DNA of 64,000 nucleotides from Cycas panzhihuaensis (taxonomy: Eukaryota; Plantae; Cycadophyta): NCBI GenBank assembly GCA_023213395.1, contig CM041465.1, positions 246,953,741 through 247,017,740 on the forward strand. The letters run 5' to 3'. Made by a program: the position numbers and the translations under genes. Within the stretch, counting starts at the first letter, position 1. Each line of letters begins with the position of its first letter. Below are positions 47,648-62,610 of this stretch, piece after piece. Under the pieces are notes generated by a model. That model searched no databases. It was given only the letters and a program-made list of their open reading frames with translations, and was not told where the DNA came from.

Positions 47648-50434
47648 TAGATGCACATCTATGGGATAATCACCTAGCTCGATAGGAGTGATGATGGTCA
47701 ATGGTGGTATCGAGGGTGCAGGTGAAAACCTATAAGCGAAGTAAGTAATATGCAGGGCACCCCTTGCGCCAGAGCACGAGTTCGGGACTTGCGGATGATA
47801 CCTAATTACCTTAGGGTGGTCCTCTATCCTAAAGAGAAAGAGGGAAAACAAGAAAGGTAGTCCAGATAAGCTCGAGAGGAAGATCCTCCCACCCTTAGAT
47901 GGCCAGAAGGGGAAGAGAGGAGTCCTCAAGGGTTTCCCTATGATGGAGGGAAACGAGTGGGGACAAAGTATGAGATAGCCTACGATGAGACCGGGTTCCT
48001 CTTGGTTATTTGACCAAGCAAATAAGGCCAAGAGGGAGAGAGAGAAATGAGAACGGGACAACTAAACCAAAGTTTCCCCTAACGATTCGAAAAGGAAGCA
48101 GGAAAGGAAATGGGAATAGGTGTCACACATGCAAGTAAACAATGCTAGGTGGGAATAAACTGAGTGGGCAAACTAGGCTTTACAAGCAAAGGAAAATGAA
48201 AGGGTAAGTTTCCTATAGGTCCTTTTCCTATGAGGGTCAAATGTGTGATATGTAAATATACAAACGTAAATAAAAGATATTGTTTCCCCTTTCACTTTTA
48301 TGTGCAACCTACTTAACTAACACATAGATCCTAAATAAAAGTAAGAAAGGGAAAGTGAGGGTTAAAGGGAGGATGCACGTACCTGGAAGATGTAGCGGCC
48401 GATGGAGGACCTCACCCACATGCGACGTACATCCCCACGTTAATCCAAGGAGGCATGACCAAGTCTTGACGTGTATGACAGGGGCTTCCTTACCTTCCCC
48501 TTTATGAAAAGGAAGCGAAAAGGAAAGAAGCAAAAGCAAGGAAACAAAGCAGTAAACCTTACTCGGATCTAAACACTTTGTACCTTTGCGAGAGCACCAC
48601 AACAACCTGCATATGCACGGATTTATCCCTTCCAAGAAGGGGCTGCAAAAGATAAACTATGTATATGCAAGTATATGTGTGATATTTATGTTAGAGTGTT
48701 AGGAAAAAATAGTTGCTGCAATAAGCTCTAAAACCCTCTCTCAATCAAGGATAAATATCAAGCAAAAATGGGGCAAGGGAAGCCTCAGGATGGCCAACCC
48801 TCTGCTGGGTTCTCCACATAACTCTCAAGCACAGCAAGGTGATGATAAAGGCAACTAAGGATAGCCAAGGAGAGCCAAGAAAAGGCCAAAAACGCATTAG
48901 GAAATATGTAGGACACGAAGTTGTTATGGGCAGCAATTTGGTGCATAAACCCTTGCCAATGATATCAAGGGGTACCCAACAACACAAGGGACACTACGGG
49001 GGTCCAAACAAGAGGCGATCAAGCCTAGAATCAGCACAGCAAGGGGCTGCATATGCTGATAATCCAGTGCAAGCCTAGGGTTTAATCACTCCTAATAATC
49101 CCAAGAAGAGCATGGAGCAAGAGAAGAGAAGGTGGCAAGGGGTTACCCTTGGAGAGAAGGACTGAAAAGGGGGGCTGCCCCGCCTTGCTCTCTTCACCCA
49201 ACCTTATGACTCTTCTCTCACTGCTCCCTTAAAGAAAATCAATGGAGAGGAAGGTAAAGGCAGGAGACAACAAGCCAAATATAATGGAAAAACACTTTGC
49301 AACAGTGAAACCTGAAGGAAACAGGTAAATAAGACAAGAAATAAGTGCAAAATGGGGTAACTTACCACAAATCTGAAAGAGAAGGGTTTGGGAGACCTAT
49401 TGGGCAGATATATGACAGATCTGGGCCTACTAATAGCGAGGAAGAGGACTCCTACGAGGGTTTGCAGGAGAAATTCTAATGAGCAACTAAAAGGGATGCT
49501 TGTTGGGTGAGTTGGAGAAGAATTAGCACCAAAATTGCTTGATAAAACCTGGAGAGAGGCTTTCCACTATGGAAGTAAGGAGTCGCAGGTGAATCCTGGC
49601 CTGGGGTGTAGGAAACGCAGGCCTGCAAGTACACCTATAGCAGAAAGAGCAGGAGAGCAAGAGTTGTAGCAGGAATTGTTGTGTTGGAGAGCAAAAAATA
49701 ACCTAAGAGATCCTCAAAATGATGAGGGTTTTGATACTTATACCTATCCTAGCCCTAAGTGAGCAAATAGGGCACGAATAGGGCTGAGGTGGAAGTGAGA
49801 CCATGTGGCGATTCCACGGGAAACGTGAGAATTGCCACAGTAGATTTTAAAAAACAACTGACACCAGTCGCACCACGGTAAACTTCGCAGTACCACGGTA
49901 AACTTCATGGTACTACTAGGTTTATAGCGGTGCAGGACCAAAAGGCTAGAATGGCAGAATTATGGGTTCCGGGGGATTTGGGAGGTGATGTGGCAGGCCT
50001 GGGAGGGGCTGGCCCTCCTATCTAGGTGGTTGAGACAGTCCAAAATGTATATGGATAGAGGCAAGCAAACATCAATGGTCAAAAGGTCCCAGAAATGAGG
50101 TGCTAGGAACTCAGGATCGATGTATGAATGGGTCATACAGTCTAGCAGAAACTTGAGATGGTGTGGAGACAACGTGGAGAGTCTTAAAGTACCATGGGGA
50201 TGCCTACCTTGCAAAAAGGTAGGTCCCGCTAGGTTGTCATAGGCTTACTATATGACAGGCAACATGAACAGGCAACAAAATGCAAAGTAATCATGCAAAT
50301 GAAGCAAGCAGTCATGCAAAGAGGCAACACTTTTGTCAACCTTTCCGACGAAATCATACAAGTGAAAAGGGAGAAGCATACCTGAGCTTACCTGAGTCGA
50401 CTTGCCCATATCCATTCCCAGTAGCTGGGAAACA
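47648..50434 (-). repeat. 5' LTR of Tat-2
   Basis: Adjacent to the PBS; ends ctgggaaaca followed by TSD gtatc. Confidence 0.96.
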
Positions 50435-50592
50435 GTATCATCTGCTGAAGAGATATGAGATGGTCATTAACAAGGTAAAACTATGGTGACCACCCCTCTA
50501 AAAATCAACCACTAAAGAGGTAAAACAATGGTGGGTACCAATACCTCTCAAAATTAACCACTAACAAGGCTAAAATATGGTGGGTACATCTT

Positions 50593-53500
50593 TGTACATA
50601 GGTCCTTGATATTTGTGATGAAAAACACAAAAAGTTAAAAAGACCAAAAAACTTAAAAAAGCTTAGATGTTCCTTTCTTAACACTTAGTCTAGGAAAACA
50701 TGTAAGATTATGTCAAAGACCCATAATCAACCTCACTCATTTACCTCATATGTCCTTTTTTCAATTATCCACATCCTTATCATTCTAAGAAACTCAACAA
50801 ACAGTCTAGGTAGCCTAAGTTCCTGAATAACTTGGTTTTGGCAAGGTTAGCAATATTTACCACCCTACTTCAACTCATTCATAGAGCTTTCATTGCCAAG
50901 GTGGCAAATATTTCAACTAACTACACCTTCTTTTAACACTAGTCATGTCTCATACCTTATCATGTTTATTATTAGGGCTTAACTACATGATTAGATGGTA
51001 ATTTAATAGATTGCTTAGCATGATGGCTGAATAATTTTATATTGATTGTGCTTGTGCTTGACCAATATTATTGATGATGTAAAGATCACAAAATTGCCTA
51101 ATAAAATTGGCTTGTTCCAACCCCTTTCAAAGTTCTATATTCCTTCCATGATTACACTCTTTCCAACTCACCTTTAACATGACAAATCTTTCTTTTCTAC
51201 CCATTTTTTTCTTTTAAGTTCTCCTTTGTACTTTACATAGCCCATTGTTACTTCTAGATCTCAATATTTAACCGTTTATTATTTAACCTTTTTTTTTTGT
51301 TTTTTTGATAAAACTCTTAATTTTTAACACTCTTTGACATATCACTTTTTTTTATTGTAGGTCACATTTTTGGAGTTACCTAAAAATGTGACCTAACTCA
51401 TAGAATATGACCTTCCCGTAACTAAAAATCTAATCTATTTATGGGTCATGTTTTTAGTGTATTTTAGGTTGTATTTTTCACTATAACTTATATTTTTTTT
51501 TCTAAAGATTATATTTTTCATATTCTCATGCAAAAAAATATATAATGGTAGACCATTTTTTTCTATCATACAAATATTAGTTTACGAGAAACTATGACCC
51601 TACCTTCCCATGATTTTATGCCCTCTATCTCTCCATTTTTTCCTATAAAAATCCATCTATTTTCTTAAGAAAAGAAGAAGAACATTTAGAAAGATGAAGT
51701 ATTATCAGATTTTAGACTCATCCTTATAACCTTCACTTACACCTTGAGAAGGATTCCTTAAAGCTTGATTTAGAGCCATTTTTTGGAGAAATTGGAGACT
51801 TGGAGTTGCTTACACTTCTCTTCTTCTCTTTTCTTCTCTTGGCTACCTTTCCTTCACATCTCGCTACCTTCTTCAAGTTTCATTCTCTAACCTTACTCCT
51901 TCCCTTCTCTCATCTCTTACTCCTTTTACTTATTGCAACCAATTAGGAGCTTTGATTTGAAAGGATTAAAAAGATAAGGCACTAATATGAGGTATAATCT
52001 TGCATTATCCTCAAATGAATACTTCTTTGTTAGAAAGTTCATGTGTTTTATTTCATTTATTTCCTATTCCTTATTGAATGGCTAGTTAGTTTACAATCTT
52101 AGCTAATCTTGCAATATGGATTAGATTGCTTTCATGATCTTTTTACTGATTGTGAGTCTACTTATTCTTAAGTTTCTGTTTAAGAGTAGGAAACTCCTAA
52201 GCCTTCAAGTTCCTACTCATAACCTAGAGAAAGCCCCATACACCTAGCCTTTGTGCTAAGGAGCTATTTAGAGAAGTGAGACTTGACTTAGAAGTATAGG
52301 ATATGGTGGCTTAAACCCTTCCTCCATAGGGTTCTAAGGTCTTTTTTACTCCTCTCATAATCCTCTAGGTACAGTTGAAGTGTTGTTGGGATTATGAGAG
52401 TAGTTAATTTTATAAGAATGTTTCTAGGACAATCTTTCAATTTGTGGCTTCTAATGTATATTAGAGTAAGTATAACTATCTTATTCATATTATAGCCTTG
52501 AGTGAATGGTGAAACTATTATCGAAAGAATCCTAAGATAAATAATTTTAAGGTTGGCCCCTCTTTACCTATTGTTTTCTCCTTATTTTTCTCTTTCTTTT
52601 AGTAAAAGAAATATACACAAAAGAAAAAGGAAACAGTAACTAAGAAGAATGTCTCTTAAGTGATCATTGTTATTTTGAATTAATTGGCTAGGCATTAGCT
52701 TAAAAACATCCTTTAAATTATTTTTTAAGAACAAAGAGAAAAGTAATTGGGATAAGTATAAGAGAACCCAAAAGACCCTTTTTCTTTCTCTCTAAAGGTG
52801 TGTTGAATGCAAATATGATTTCTTTTTTCTTTAAAAGAAAAAAAAAATTAAAAAATATAAATGAATTATTTTCACTAGCCATGATCATATCAAAGTAGGT
52901 TAGCTCCTTTTTCATTTAAAAGAGTTGATATTTATTTATTAATTGCATGCAAAAGAAAGCTACATTCGAGACTTATATTTAGGATTTGTATTTTTTCTAA
53001 TTTAGCATCCTTAGGATAGGTCCCATCTCTTCACTTACGACTTGTTTAATTGACCAAATCTTTACATCCTTGCCATACAAACTTATTCTCTCTTAGGGAC
53101 AAATACCTCTCATTGTAAAGGGATTTTTAATCAACCAAGACTTGACATCCCCAGCATATAAACTTCCCTTTGCTTAATATTACTTTTTTCTAATGTGTTT
53201 CAAACACTAAAGGTATAACCTTGTTATCACACTTTGGGTTAAGAGCAATCATTCTTCTTCATCTATATTTGCCTTTAAATGCAAGAACCCTTTTGGATTA
53301 GATGTAGGCATTCCCAAGCCATCCATCCTCATAGGTAGATCATTATTGAATGAAAGAGTCCTTAGTGGCTAACTCCCAATAGGGTTGTTAATCTGGGGTC
53401 CAAGCTCTCCTAAGTCCTTACACTTATTAGTCCTTGCATACTCTAGCTAGATCAATATAAATTCTTTACCCTTTAAGTGGGTTAATGGTCCATGGTAGGG

Positions 53501-53925
53501 CTTTTCCTATAAAAAAACTTTTGGGAGGATAAATGAATAGGAAAACCTAAGTCACTTACTTTGGGTGTAAGGTCCTCTATCGATCTTTCCACATGTTGGG
53601 AGATTATTTAATCTTGATCCTAAACTAAAAGGGGACTTTACTTATTTGGATTAATTTGATTTGAACTAATTATCTTTCTTTTTAACCTAAGCATGCTTCT
53701 TCTTGGTTTTGATTTATTTTGTAAATAATAGAATTAGTAAATAATAATCTTTAAGATCTTGTATTTACTCATTTGACAAGCACTTATGGGTTTATCCCTT
53801 TTCATCAAGAGAAGGGTTGAAGGTTCCCCTTGAGCCATATCACCTTTTCCCTCATCCACCTACAATCTTTTCTAAGTGGTTTACTATGAGTCTTCTTAGG
53901 TGATTTATCCTAAGACTCAAAACTA
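50593..53925 (+). repeat. 3' LTR of Tat-1 (uninterrupted copy; start approximate)
   Basis: Homologous to the three 5' LTR pieces from ~50880 on; start inferred from ggtgggtacatctt|tgtac after the 3'-UTR repeats; ends aaaacta like aaaacca at 19735. Confidence 0.8.
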
Positions 53926-53949
53926 TCAACTTACAAGTATGTCATAATC

Positions 53950-56900
53950 CATCCCTCTTTAAGATACTTCATCCTCAAAGTAATCATTTTATAATATTAG
54001 ATATCTATGTAGTATATTTGTTACTTTTTTAATGGCATCTTCAATTAGTAGTTAATGCCAATTGACTAAGTTTTGTTTTTTTAAATGGTCATTCCATATA
54101 TAATTTTTTGTCATATTTAGATGATAGACTCTGGTATGAGGTTTGACTTCCCTTTCTCATCCAATATTGGTATTTTGGTTTACACTAGTATATATTCTTC
54201 TAATTTCTTTTTTTAACACCAAACATGGAAGATATTATGTATCCTAGTAGAAGTTATAAGTTCTAAGGTATATCTACTTGACCACTCTCCTTCTAAATTT
54301 GATAAGGTCCTTAAAACCTAGGCCTATTTTTTTCTCTTTGCGTTATTGAAGGGAGGATTGCTTATAAGGTTATAGATAAATATATACCTAATCCCCTATA
54401 TCAAATTCCCTCTCTATCGAATGTTTATCTGCTTATTATTGCATTATGTTTTATGTTATTATTATGTGTTCTCTTAAGATTTGCAAGGTCTCTTGAGTAT
54501 GTTATGAGTAATCTCCTATTGCTACTACCTAATTATCCTTAAGTTCTTATGCATTATGGGATATTAGGTCATAACTATATAGAATCTTAAATAGAGACAT
54601 TTGGATGGTTGAATGATATGTGAAATTATACCATATTTTTGTTAGATGCTACCATTTGACCTAAATGCCTTGCTTATTAGTGATGTTATTCCTTAAATAG
54701 CCTTCTAAGCATTTGTTTATTACTTCTATTTATCCATCCATTTATTGGTGATAACTAAAGCATATATTATCACAGTCCCAACTTATTTAAATAATTCTTA
54801 CTAGAAATAACTAAAAATTTTGGGATCTTAATCGTAAATGATTGTGTGTAGTAACCCATGAATACTTCTATAATATGTTAGTGTGTAAATATAGTTAACC
54901 TATTAACTAGCATAAAGTTTATATCCATACCATAAGATATTAACAATATTATCATAAAGTCCATGCTGATGCTTTTCCATTTTTTTTGTAGGATGGGTAG
55001 CAACTATAATAGTCCTTATGGGGCTATATTTTCTTATCTATTTGCTTAGTAGAGGGGACATTCTTCCATGTATTTTTGGATGTTATTCTTCATGTCTTTT
55101 TAGAAGAATGATTATCTACATGTGAGCTATGTCTTAAAAAATTCAGTCTACCTTGCCATTAGTTCTAAGTGATATTCCCTCATAATTTGTGTCTCAAGTT
55201 TAGAATATGAGTTTAAGAAGACTTTTCCCTTATACTAAATCAAATCAATTTTCTATTTATAGTTGTTATATAATCCTTATTGTATATCTCTAACCAATTC
55301 TTGTGTTTTGGTACTTATTGCATATTCAAACTAGCAATTAGTTACCATGCTAGGATTAAGTATAATTATTATATAAATTTAGGAATCTTTGTTTCCTTAT
55401 TTTCTTTGAGAGAATGCATTAACAATAATATTTAGATTTCCCTTCTTATAAAAAATGTTAAGGTCATAAGCTTATAATTTACTAATCCATTTCTATTATT
55501 TTAGGGAGAACTCTTTCTATATTAAAAGATATAAAAGACTATTATAATTTGTTTTAACCATGAATTTGCTCCTTAAGAGATATTATCACCATTTTTGTAG
55601 GGTATATATTATTACTAGTATTTCCTTATTATATATTGAGAGAAGTTACTCTCTTGAATTGAGTTTCCTACTTTCAAAGGCTATATGTCTTCCTTCTTAC
55701 ATAAACATGACCTTAATACCAATTCTTAAGATATCATACTCAAGAAAAATAAAAGGTTTGTGGAAATTTAGTGATGTTAGTATAGGGATGATTGCCATTA
55801 TTTCCTTTAACCACTAAAAGCACTCCTTTAATTCTTTGCCCCACTAAAAGGAGTTCTTCTTTAAGAGGTTTATAAAGGTCATTATTTATTATGTGTAGTT
55901 CTTTTACAAATCATCCATAATACCCTATGAACCATAGGAATCCCCTTAGTCTAGTGATATTCTTAGTTATGATCCATTCTAGGATAGATTTATTCTTTAT
56001 AGGGATTACCTTAATCCATTCTTGAATGATGATATGTCTTAAGTACTCAACCTCTTCTTTAGAAAAATTATACTTGAAGTGTTGTGCATACAAGCAGTTT
56101 TTTCATAGTAAGTTTAAGTCTTCCCTAATGTGAATGATATGTTCCTTTTATCATCTACTGTATATTAGAACATCATCAAAGAAAATAAGCATATTTTTTT
56201 ATAAAAATTATGCTAGAATCCTATTTATAATTATTTGGAATATAGTGGACTATTTATGAGATCAAAAAGCATCACTTTGAACTCATAATAGTTATAATAA
56301 GTACAAAATGCTATTTTTGGAACATCCTCTTTTGTGATCTTAGTCTAGTAGTGATATCTTAAATGAAGGTTATTTTTTGTGTAATATTTAGCTCTATGGA
56401 GCTCATCTCATAGTTCATCAGTTTTTGGAATTAGAAAGTGATTTTTATTGTGGTTTTATTGAAGGCATAATATCAATGTACATACAAAATAAACCATATT
56501 TTTCCCTTGCTAAGATGATTGGTGCATGGTTTAATAAGTGTTGTAGTAGTTTTTATATCTCATTCTTATAGTGATATGGATATTTATAAGGTTTGACCAC
56601 TATAGTGTTTGTGCCCTATTCTAATTTAATTGCATGTTCTATTCTACAATTATGGGATAACCTTATGTCATGGAAAACTTTCTCATATTTATCTATTACG
56701 TCTTACACACGTGATTTATTCTTAATTGCCTCCTTTACTTTTTGCTTGTAAGGAGAATGATTAGGCTATGATACCTCTATTTGTTTGACTTATAAGTTCT
56801 TCCATTTGATATGATAACATTATCTTTATTTTTATTGGTCCTTACCTTTGCAATGACCATTATTTTCTTCTTTGGTTATGGAATAAAAAGCTCATATAAA

Positions 56901-58100
56901 TTTGTTTTAATATTTTTAAGTATTTGTTACCATTGGCATCATAGACTGCATTTACTCCTCCATCTATGATGTAGAAGTTTTGTTTAGTGATATATCTTTG
57001 ATTTCTAGTTTAAGGTTTTTAAGTTTGCCTTGGCATGAGGTTTCCAACCTATCATTGTCACTTACTTGAAATTCGGGTGTCTTTATTAGAAATAACTTTG
57101 GTCATTGGGTTGCAAATCAATCCACAAAATTATAGGTGTTCCTTGGATTTACTATGATTATTATCGGTTCCTTCTTGAGATATTCTCACAACCTAAGTGT
57201 ATTGTACCTTATTAACCCTAACATTATTAAGAAGGATATTTGAGGGGAATCTTCTTCTATGTTAGGGGTTTCTAGTAAGGATTCTAAATTAATTTTATCA
57301 CACTTAATTTCTTCTATTGGTTTTACTTTAATCATATAGAGTTAGTTCCTAGAATATTTATCTGTTAGACCCTACTTTTTTCTATACATAAAATAAAGAC
57401 CCTTCCTTTTAAGTTCTCCTTGTTTTATCTTGGATTGTTGTGGTATTAGTCTCTTTGAAGTTGATGTCTTTTATTATCTATTTATTAGGTCCTCTAATAT
57501 CTAAGGTTTTACTTTTGCTTTCTCATATGAATAAAGAAACATAGATGCTTTACTATAAGTTACACAGAGTATTAACCTTCTTTTCAAAATTATAATCCAA
57601 ACTCATAGCTTTGTTTAAGTTTTGTGGGATGGTAGTTTTAATATATATTTGGATGTCCATGGGAATTCCATCAATGTATAACTAAATTTATCTATCTATA
57701 GGGATATCACTAACTATATATACTAACCTAGATAAAACCTCATTATATTCTTCTACCAAGCCTATCTACCTTGACCTTATCAACTCATAATAGTAGTCTA
57801 TATTTGTCATGGTTTTGTATTTCTCTATAAACAACTTAACAAATTCATTCTAAGAGTGGGGTCTGGTTCATAATGTTAGTTTGTTCTAAGTTTTTCCACC
57901 ATTCATAAATGATGCCATTTAAGTGTAAGGTGATAAAAGGAACCCTCTTGTTCTTCTTACTTTTAACAAATTGAAGGTATTACTCTACTTGTTGATCCTA
58001 AACTTTAGGTTTATGGGAGTCTTTATTAAAGCATTATGTAATTAGTTTTTTTAATTTCTTTTTCTTCTGTGTTTGGATAACTCACAAGCATTAAAAGTAG
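53950..58100 (-). mobile_element. Heavily decayed Ty3/gypsy chromovirus gag-pol, related to the 7330-14153 element
   Basis: Minus strand: HLNGIIYEWW (~57895-57925), IVNP.NTYNFV (~57125-57157), EDVPKIAF..YEFKVMLF (~56265-56330), IFFDDVLIY (~56160-56187), RLRGFLWFIGYY (ORF 55911-56093), SISMDF (~54957-54975), chromodomain-like LVNWH*L..EDA (~54035-54070), PPT-like aagagggatgg (~53949-53960). Confidence 0.88.
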
Positions 58101-58899
58101 TAATTAAATAGAACTATATTTTAGTCCTTTGGTGAAACACTCTTACAGTAGTTTAGTTATCTTATGATTAGTTCATTTATATCTTTGGTCAAGAGATAAA
58201 AGGCCATATTTGTAATTTTGAATTGAGATTGTTAATTCTCTTTAGTATTTTCTCATATTTTACAAAATGACCATTTATGAGAGCTTCCCTATGCATTTCT
58301 ACTATTCCTAGGTTTCATAGTTTTTTCTTGGATCTATACTATTCATTTCTTATACACTACCCATACTTTGAGATTGAGATAAGAGATCTATCATAAATCA
58401 TAGTTGTGTCATTATATCTTATAGCGATTTACTCAATCTTAGATTTTAAACAACATGCACTACTATTTTTAAGATTATTTCTCTTAAATGGCTATTAACT
58501 TCTACAATTTTGCCTACTTGTTCTATGTCTCTTGTTGCACTATCCATGGTGACAACTAGAGCCTAAATTACTATGACTAATAGGCTTGGGAGAATCTCAA
58601 TCAATTACTTAAACTTGGTCGGTTCTCTTATGTGTTTACTAACTCTTGTTTTCTATGCCAAGGTGGACCATGAATGACTAGATTAAAGGTGTGTTGTGAT
58701 ACCCAAGTCCTCTTAGCATTGGAGTTAAGTTCTAGAAAGGAGATAATTAAGAAGGTTTTCTAATTAATGTAGTAAGTTTTTAGGGAATCTGGGACTAGAA
58801 TCCTACTTATTTAAAATGTTAGAATAGTTTAGGTTTAGGTTGGCAAGTGTAACAAATATGAGTGGAATACACTAATTACAAGACTAAAGAATCAATGGA

Positions 58900-59370
58900 A
58901 ACATATCTTGGTCTAATTAACTAGCTAAGAGAAATGAAGAAATAATGAAATGAGGAAAGCTAATAATATAAGTAGGAAAAATAATACTAAGTAAGAGAGA
59001 CGATCAAAACAAATAATAAATAAAAAGAATTGATAAATAAGATAATATCAAATAGCACAGATTAAATAAACTAATGATAACTATTATAAAAGTGTTGAAA
59101 GAGGTAATAATGAGATAATAACAAATCACTTAAAAGAGAAATGAATAACTAAACAACTAACAAATGTAAGGAACAAAAATAAAACCCAAATAATTAAATG
59201 TTAAGCAAACTAATGAATAGTATAATGAGATAATAATATAAGCTAACAAATCTAATAATAAGGCAACAAAATAGAATAAGACAATAATAAGAAAAATAAC
59301 TTAAGTTGAAATAATTTAAAATAAATACAAATCAAATAATAAAAAGTAACAAACAATAAGAAAGAACTAA
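58900..59370. repeat. A-rich low-complexity tract (probable leader of the minus-strand chromovirus)
   Basis: Runs of aataa/aaat units; mirrors the T/C-rich leader at 8000-8800 of the plus-strand relative. Confidence 0.55.
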
Positions 59371-62300
59371 TGTGAACTATGTACCCAGATTCACTATTAA
59401 AGAAATGATGTATGAATGTTCCATAAAACATGGGTAATAGGTAGCTTATTTATATACATGACATGTGATTTTGTCTCTAAATATATTTTTCTTTTGTCTT
59501 TCACACATGGGAAATTCAATTACATCCTTTAATTCCCAATAGTCTGATAAGGTTGTCTACTTACTTGCTCAAATTTCTTCTTATGTTGATTTCTAACTTT
59601 GTCACCATCTTTATTTTACCATAGATGTAAGGAGTGGACTACTCAATTACTCTGAACATGGCTTAAATTATTCATTAACTAAATCACATCTCTTATTTTG
59701 ATTTGAATCATTTAATGCAAGATGATTAAATTATATCTTTTTAAATCCCATCACCATGAGTTTAATGTGTGACAGTTCATGTGATTTGCATTTCAAACAT
59801 CACAAAGTAGACCTAGACACATCTACAAGTAAAGTACCATGATATCACTAGTAAATTTAGATAGTTTGAATCTAAAACAAATCAAAGGACTTTGAACTTT
59901 ATGCATCCTTTTTAAATTCAAATAGATAGAGTAGCTTCCATTTCAAGTTCTATGGTTTCCTTCAAATTTGTTAAAAATGAAAAGCTCACCATGAAGATGC
60001 AAATATACATATGTAATATATATCCTTACTTATGCTTATCACACAAAAATAGAGATACATTTATATACTCAACTCAATCCAGATATCCTCCATAAGTCTT
60101 CTATGATGACATTTATCTCTTTTCCTCTATTTAACTCATGCAATACTTTATATTTATCATGTGAAAACTTTCCTTGCTCTTATACTAATGCAATGAACCC
60201 AATTGAGCCCATTCAAGGAGTTTGTAATTATAGTCCAAAGAGAATATAAAAATTTCAAATAGGTTAAATATATTTTGTATTATCTCCATTCTATATATAT
60301 TTATAGGCTCTCATTGACCATTTCAACAAAGTTGAATTAGAGATGTATTACATTCTCCTCAATCCCTTTCTTCACCATGCTAAGGTTAGTTATGAGTTCT
60401 AACATGGTGTAAATATACAAAGTTATTTTATTAATTACAAAAGAAGAATTTCTTATGATATAAACAAAGGGAAATACAAGCTTAAAATCTCATTGATGTA
60501 TGAATAGAAATTGAATTATTCAAAAGAAAATGGCTTTCCTTCCATGATCTAATTGCCAAGTTTGGTAGTAGTTAAGGCATGATTCACAAGTAGTTATATC
60601 ATTCTTAGTAATAACCTGCACATGTATGTCACGCATTAGTATACATATTATTGCATAATGTCTTACTCATAATAGATCTTATTTGGATTATATATTGAAT
60701 CTTCAACATAACTATAAGTGGATTTTAATTCATGAGCCATCAATTACAAAGTTTCCCTTCTTGCATGCAAATTTATTACTTTAGCAATCAACTCATACAA
60801 CATTAAATTAGAAAGAAATTAATCAAAATACCATGTCAAACCTTAATGCTTCAACATAGTTGGGAGAGAAGAATATATAATATATATCATAGTTATTAGC
60901 CATATCATAAACTTATTAATAATAAATAGTTATTATAAGTATTATAGGAAAGGTAGGTTAATTTAATGAGATTTTTTTTTTAATGTTATTTATTCAAAAA
61001 TAAAAATGTATAACTCGTATAACCTAAGTTGACTATCATCAACCTTATATTATAACAACTTAATTTCTATTATTCTTAGAATAACAAAACCATTCTATAA
61101 TAGATAATCTAATAACTATGGACCTTGCCAATAAGTCTTGAGCTTCTTGGTTTGTATTTAAACTTCTTGTCATAGACCAAACATAATTGCCTTCCTTGAA
61201 ATTTTACATTTTTAAATGTTGATCATGCCTAAGTTTTTATCAAGACTTGGCAATCCTTTATTGCCAACTTATATTCATTCTAGTCCCATCCAAGTTCATT
61301 AATTACATAAGGATTTTATTAATTTCTTATTTATCATCCTTATTCATTATGCCAATAATACATAAAATAGGTATAATGAATTTCATCAACATCACAACTT
61401 CTTCCCATTCTTTTTTATTCTTGATTTTTTTCTTCGAATTATACTAATAGGTCCTAATAAGAATTGACTTTGCATATTCTTGTTCTACATGTGAGAAATA
61501 AGTAATAATTTCTAATTATATTATTTTTACTTTTCTCTCATTAGTTGTTTCTATCTATGTTATTTTAAGTAAATGGAATTATTGACCTACTTCTAAATAT
61601 TCCTAGTCCCATTATTTTTTTCTCATTATCCTCAATTCTTCAAGCCTTGTCCTTAATTAACTCTTCTTTATTGTCTCCCTCCTCCTCCCCACACTTATTG
61701 ACCTAGAACTTTTCTAAGTTAGCCTCTATGTTGACCATGGATTATAGACTACTCATTTGATCAATATCAAATTTGTGTATTTACCTAATTTGAGCGAATA
61801 ATGGAAGCAAATGTTGGACCTCTATAGGGATAGGATGACCATATACATTCTCATTTAATAATTAAGAGGATCTAACTAAGTATTATCATAATATATCATT
61901 ATCTCATTTACTAATCCATTTTATTCTATTCAACTACTACCAATCAATATAATTGCTCTTACTAATCACATTGACTAATAGCTAACACTTACATGATGTG
62001 ATTATTACAGTCTAAGTCCACTAGTTGTGCATAAGTAAACACTATCTCTTTCTCAAGACATATATTTATACTTTCTAAATCCATTATAAGTGTAGTTATA
62101 AGAAATAATTCATGATTAGTTAGCTTATTAACAAACTTGGCTCATGTCAACTAATTGACTTGGATCTTTAAGGTTGGTTAACAAATATTAATGATGTTAA
62201 TTGGCTTCACCTTTGACCCATGTCAACTAGTCAATATGGACATCCAACATTATTTCATTCCAATGATCATGATCAACATCGATAAATAGAATTATAAGTG

Positions 62301-62434
62301 AGATAAAAACATCGACTAATTTATCCAATTAAATTTTTAAGAATTTAATAGTTTTAACTTAGTTTCTATCTAAAAATTGAATCTCATTGAAGAAAGAAGA
62401 TAGAACAACAAACATGGATTAATCCTAAAGGAGT

Positions 62435-62605
62435 GATCTAACCTAGACCTCCACCAAACCATGAAGAAAAGAGCTACATTGTATTAGCAATGGAATGAGA
62501 GGACTAATAAGTGTGAGAATTCAAAAAAGCTTAGACCCTAGATTAACAACCATATAATGGGTTAGTCATTAGGGACTCCCTCACCTAATGATGATCCATC
62601 TATTG
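62435..62605 (-). repeat. Inverted fragment of a Tat-1-family LTR
   Basis: gagaggactaataagtgt..ctcacctaatgatgatcca is the reverse complement of 19147-19250 and 53335-53435. Confidence 0.85.
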
Positions 62606-62610
62606 GGACA

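Larger units (their letters stand above)
35914..50434 (-). mobile_element. 'Tat-2': younger non-autonomous Tat-clade gypsy element lacking RT, RNase H and integrase core
   Basis: LTRs 35914-38690 and 47648-50434 (~2.78 kb); perfect TSD GTATC (35909-35913, 50435-50439); PBS tggtgaccatactagggac (reverse complement of 47628-47646, Arg-type as in Ogre/Tat); PPT aagggggtag (reverse complement of 38691-38700); higher GC and more CpG than the flanks. Confidence 0.96.
7060..53925 (+). mobile_element. 'Tat-1': large decayed Tat-clade Ty3/gypsy element hosting four nested insertions
   Basis: 5' LTR pieces ~7060-7329, 14159-14391 and 17218-19735 are collinear with the uninterrupted 3' LTR ~50880-53925. 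Decayed Arg-type PBS tagtgagaatactaggga at 19739-19756. gag-pol ~19920-25090, aRH ~26400-26870, antisense PMD remnant. Left boundary uncertain. Confidence 0.82.

Noticed and set aside
59400-62430. 5' LTR of the minus-strand chromovirus (weak match of 60613-60631 to 53928-53946) and faint integrase-like words near 60200-60330
   Set aside because: Matches are too short and degenerate in AT-rich DNA and no PBS could be placed; left unannotated.
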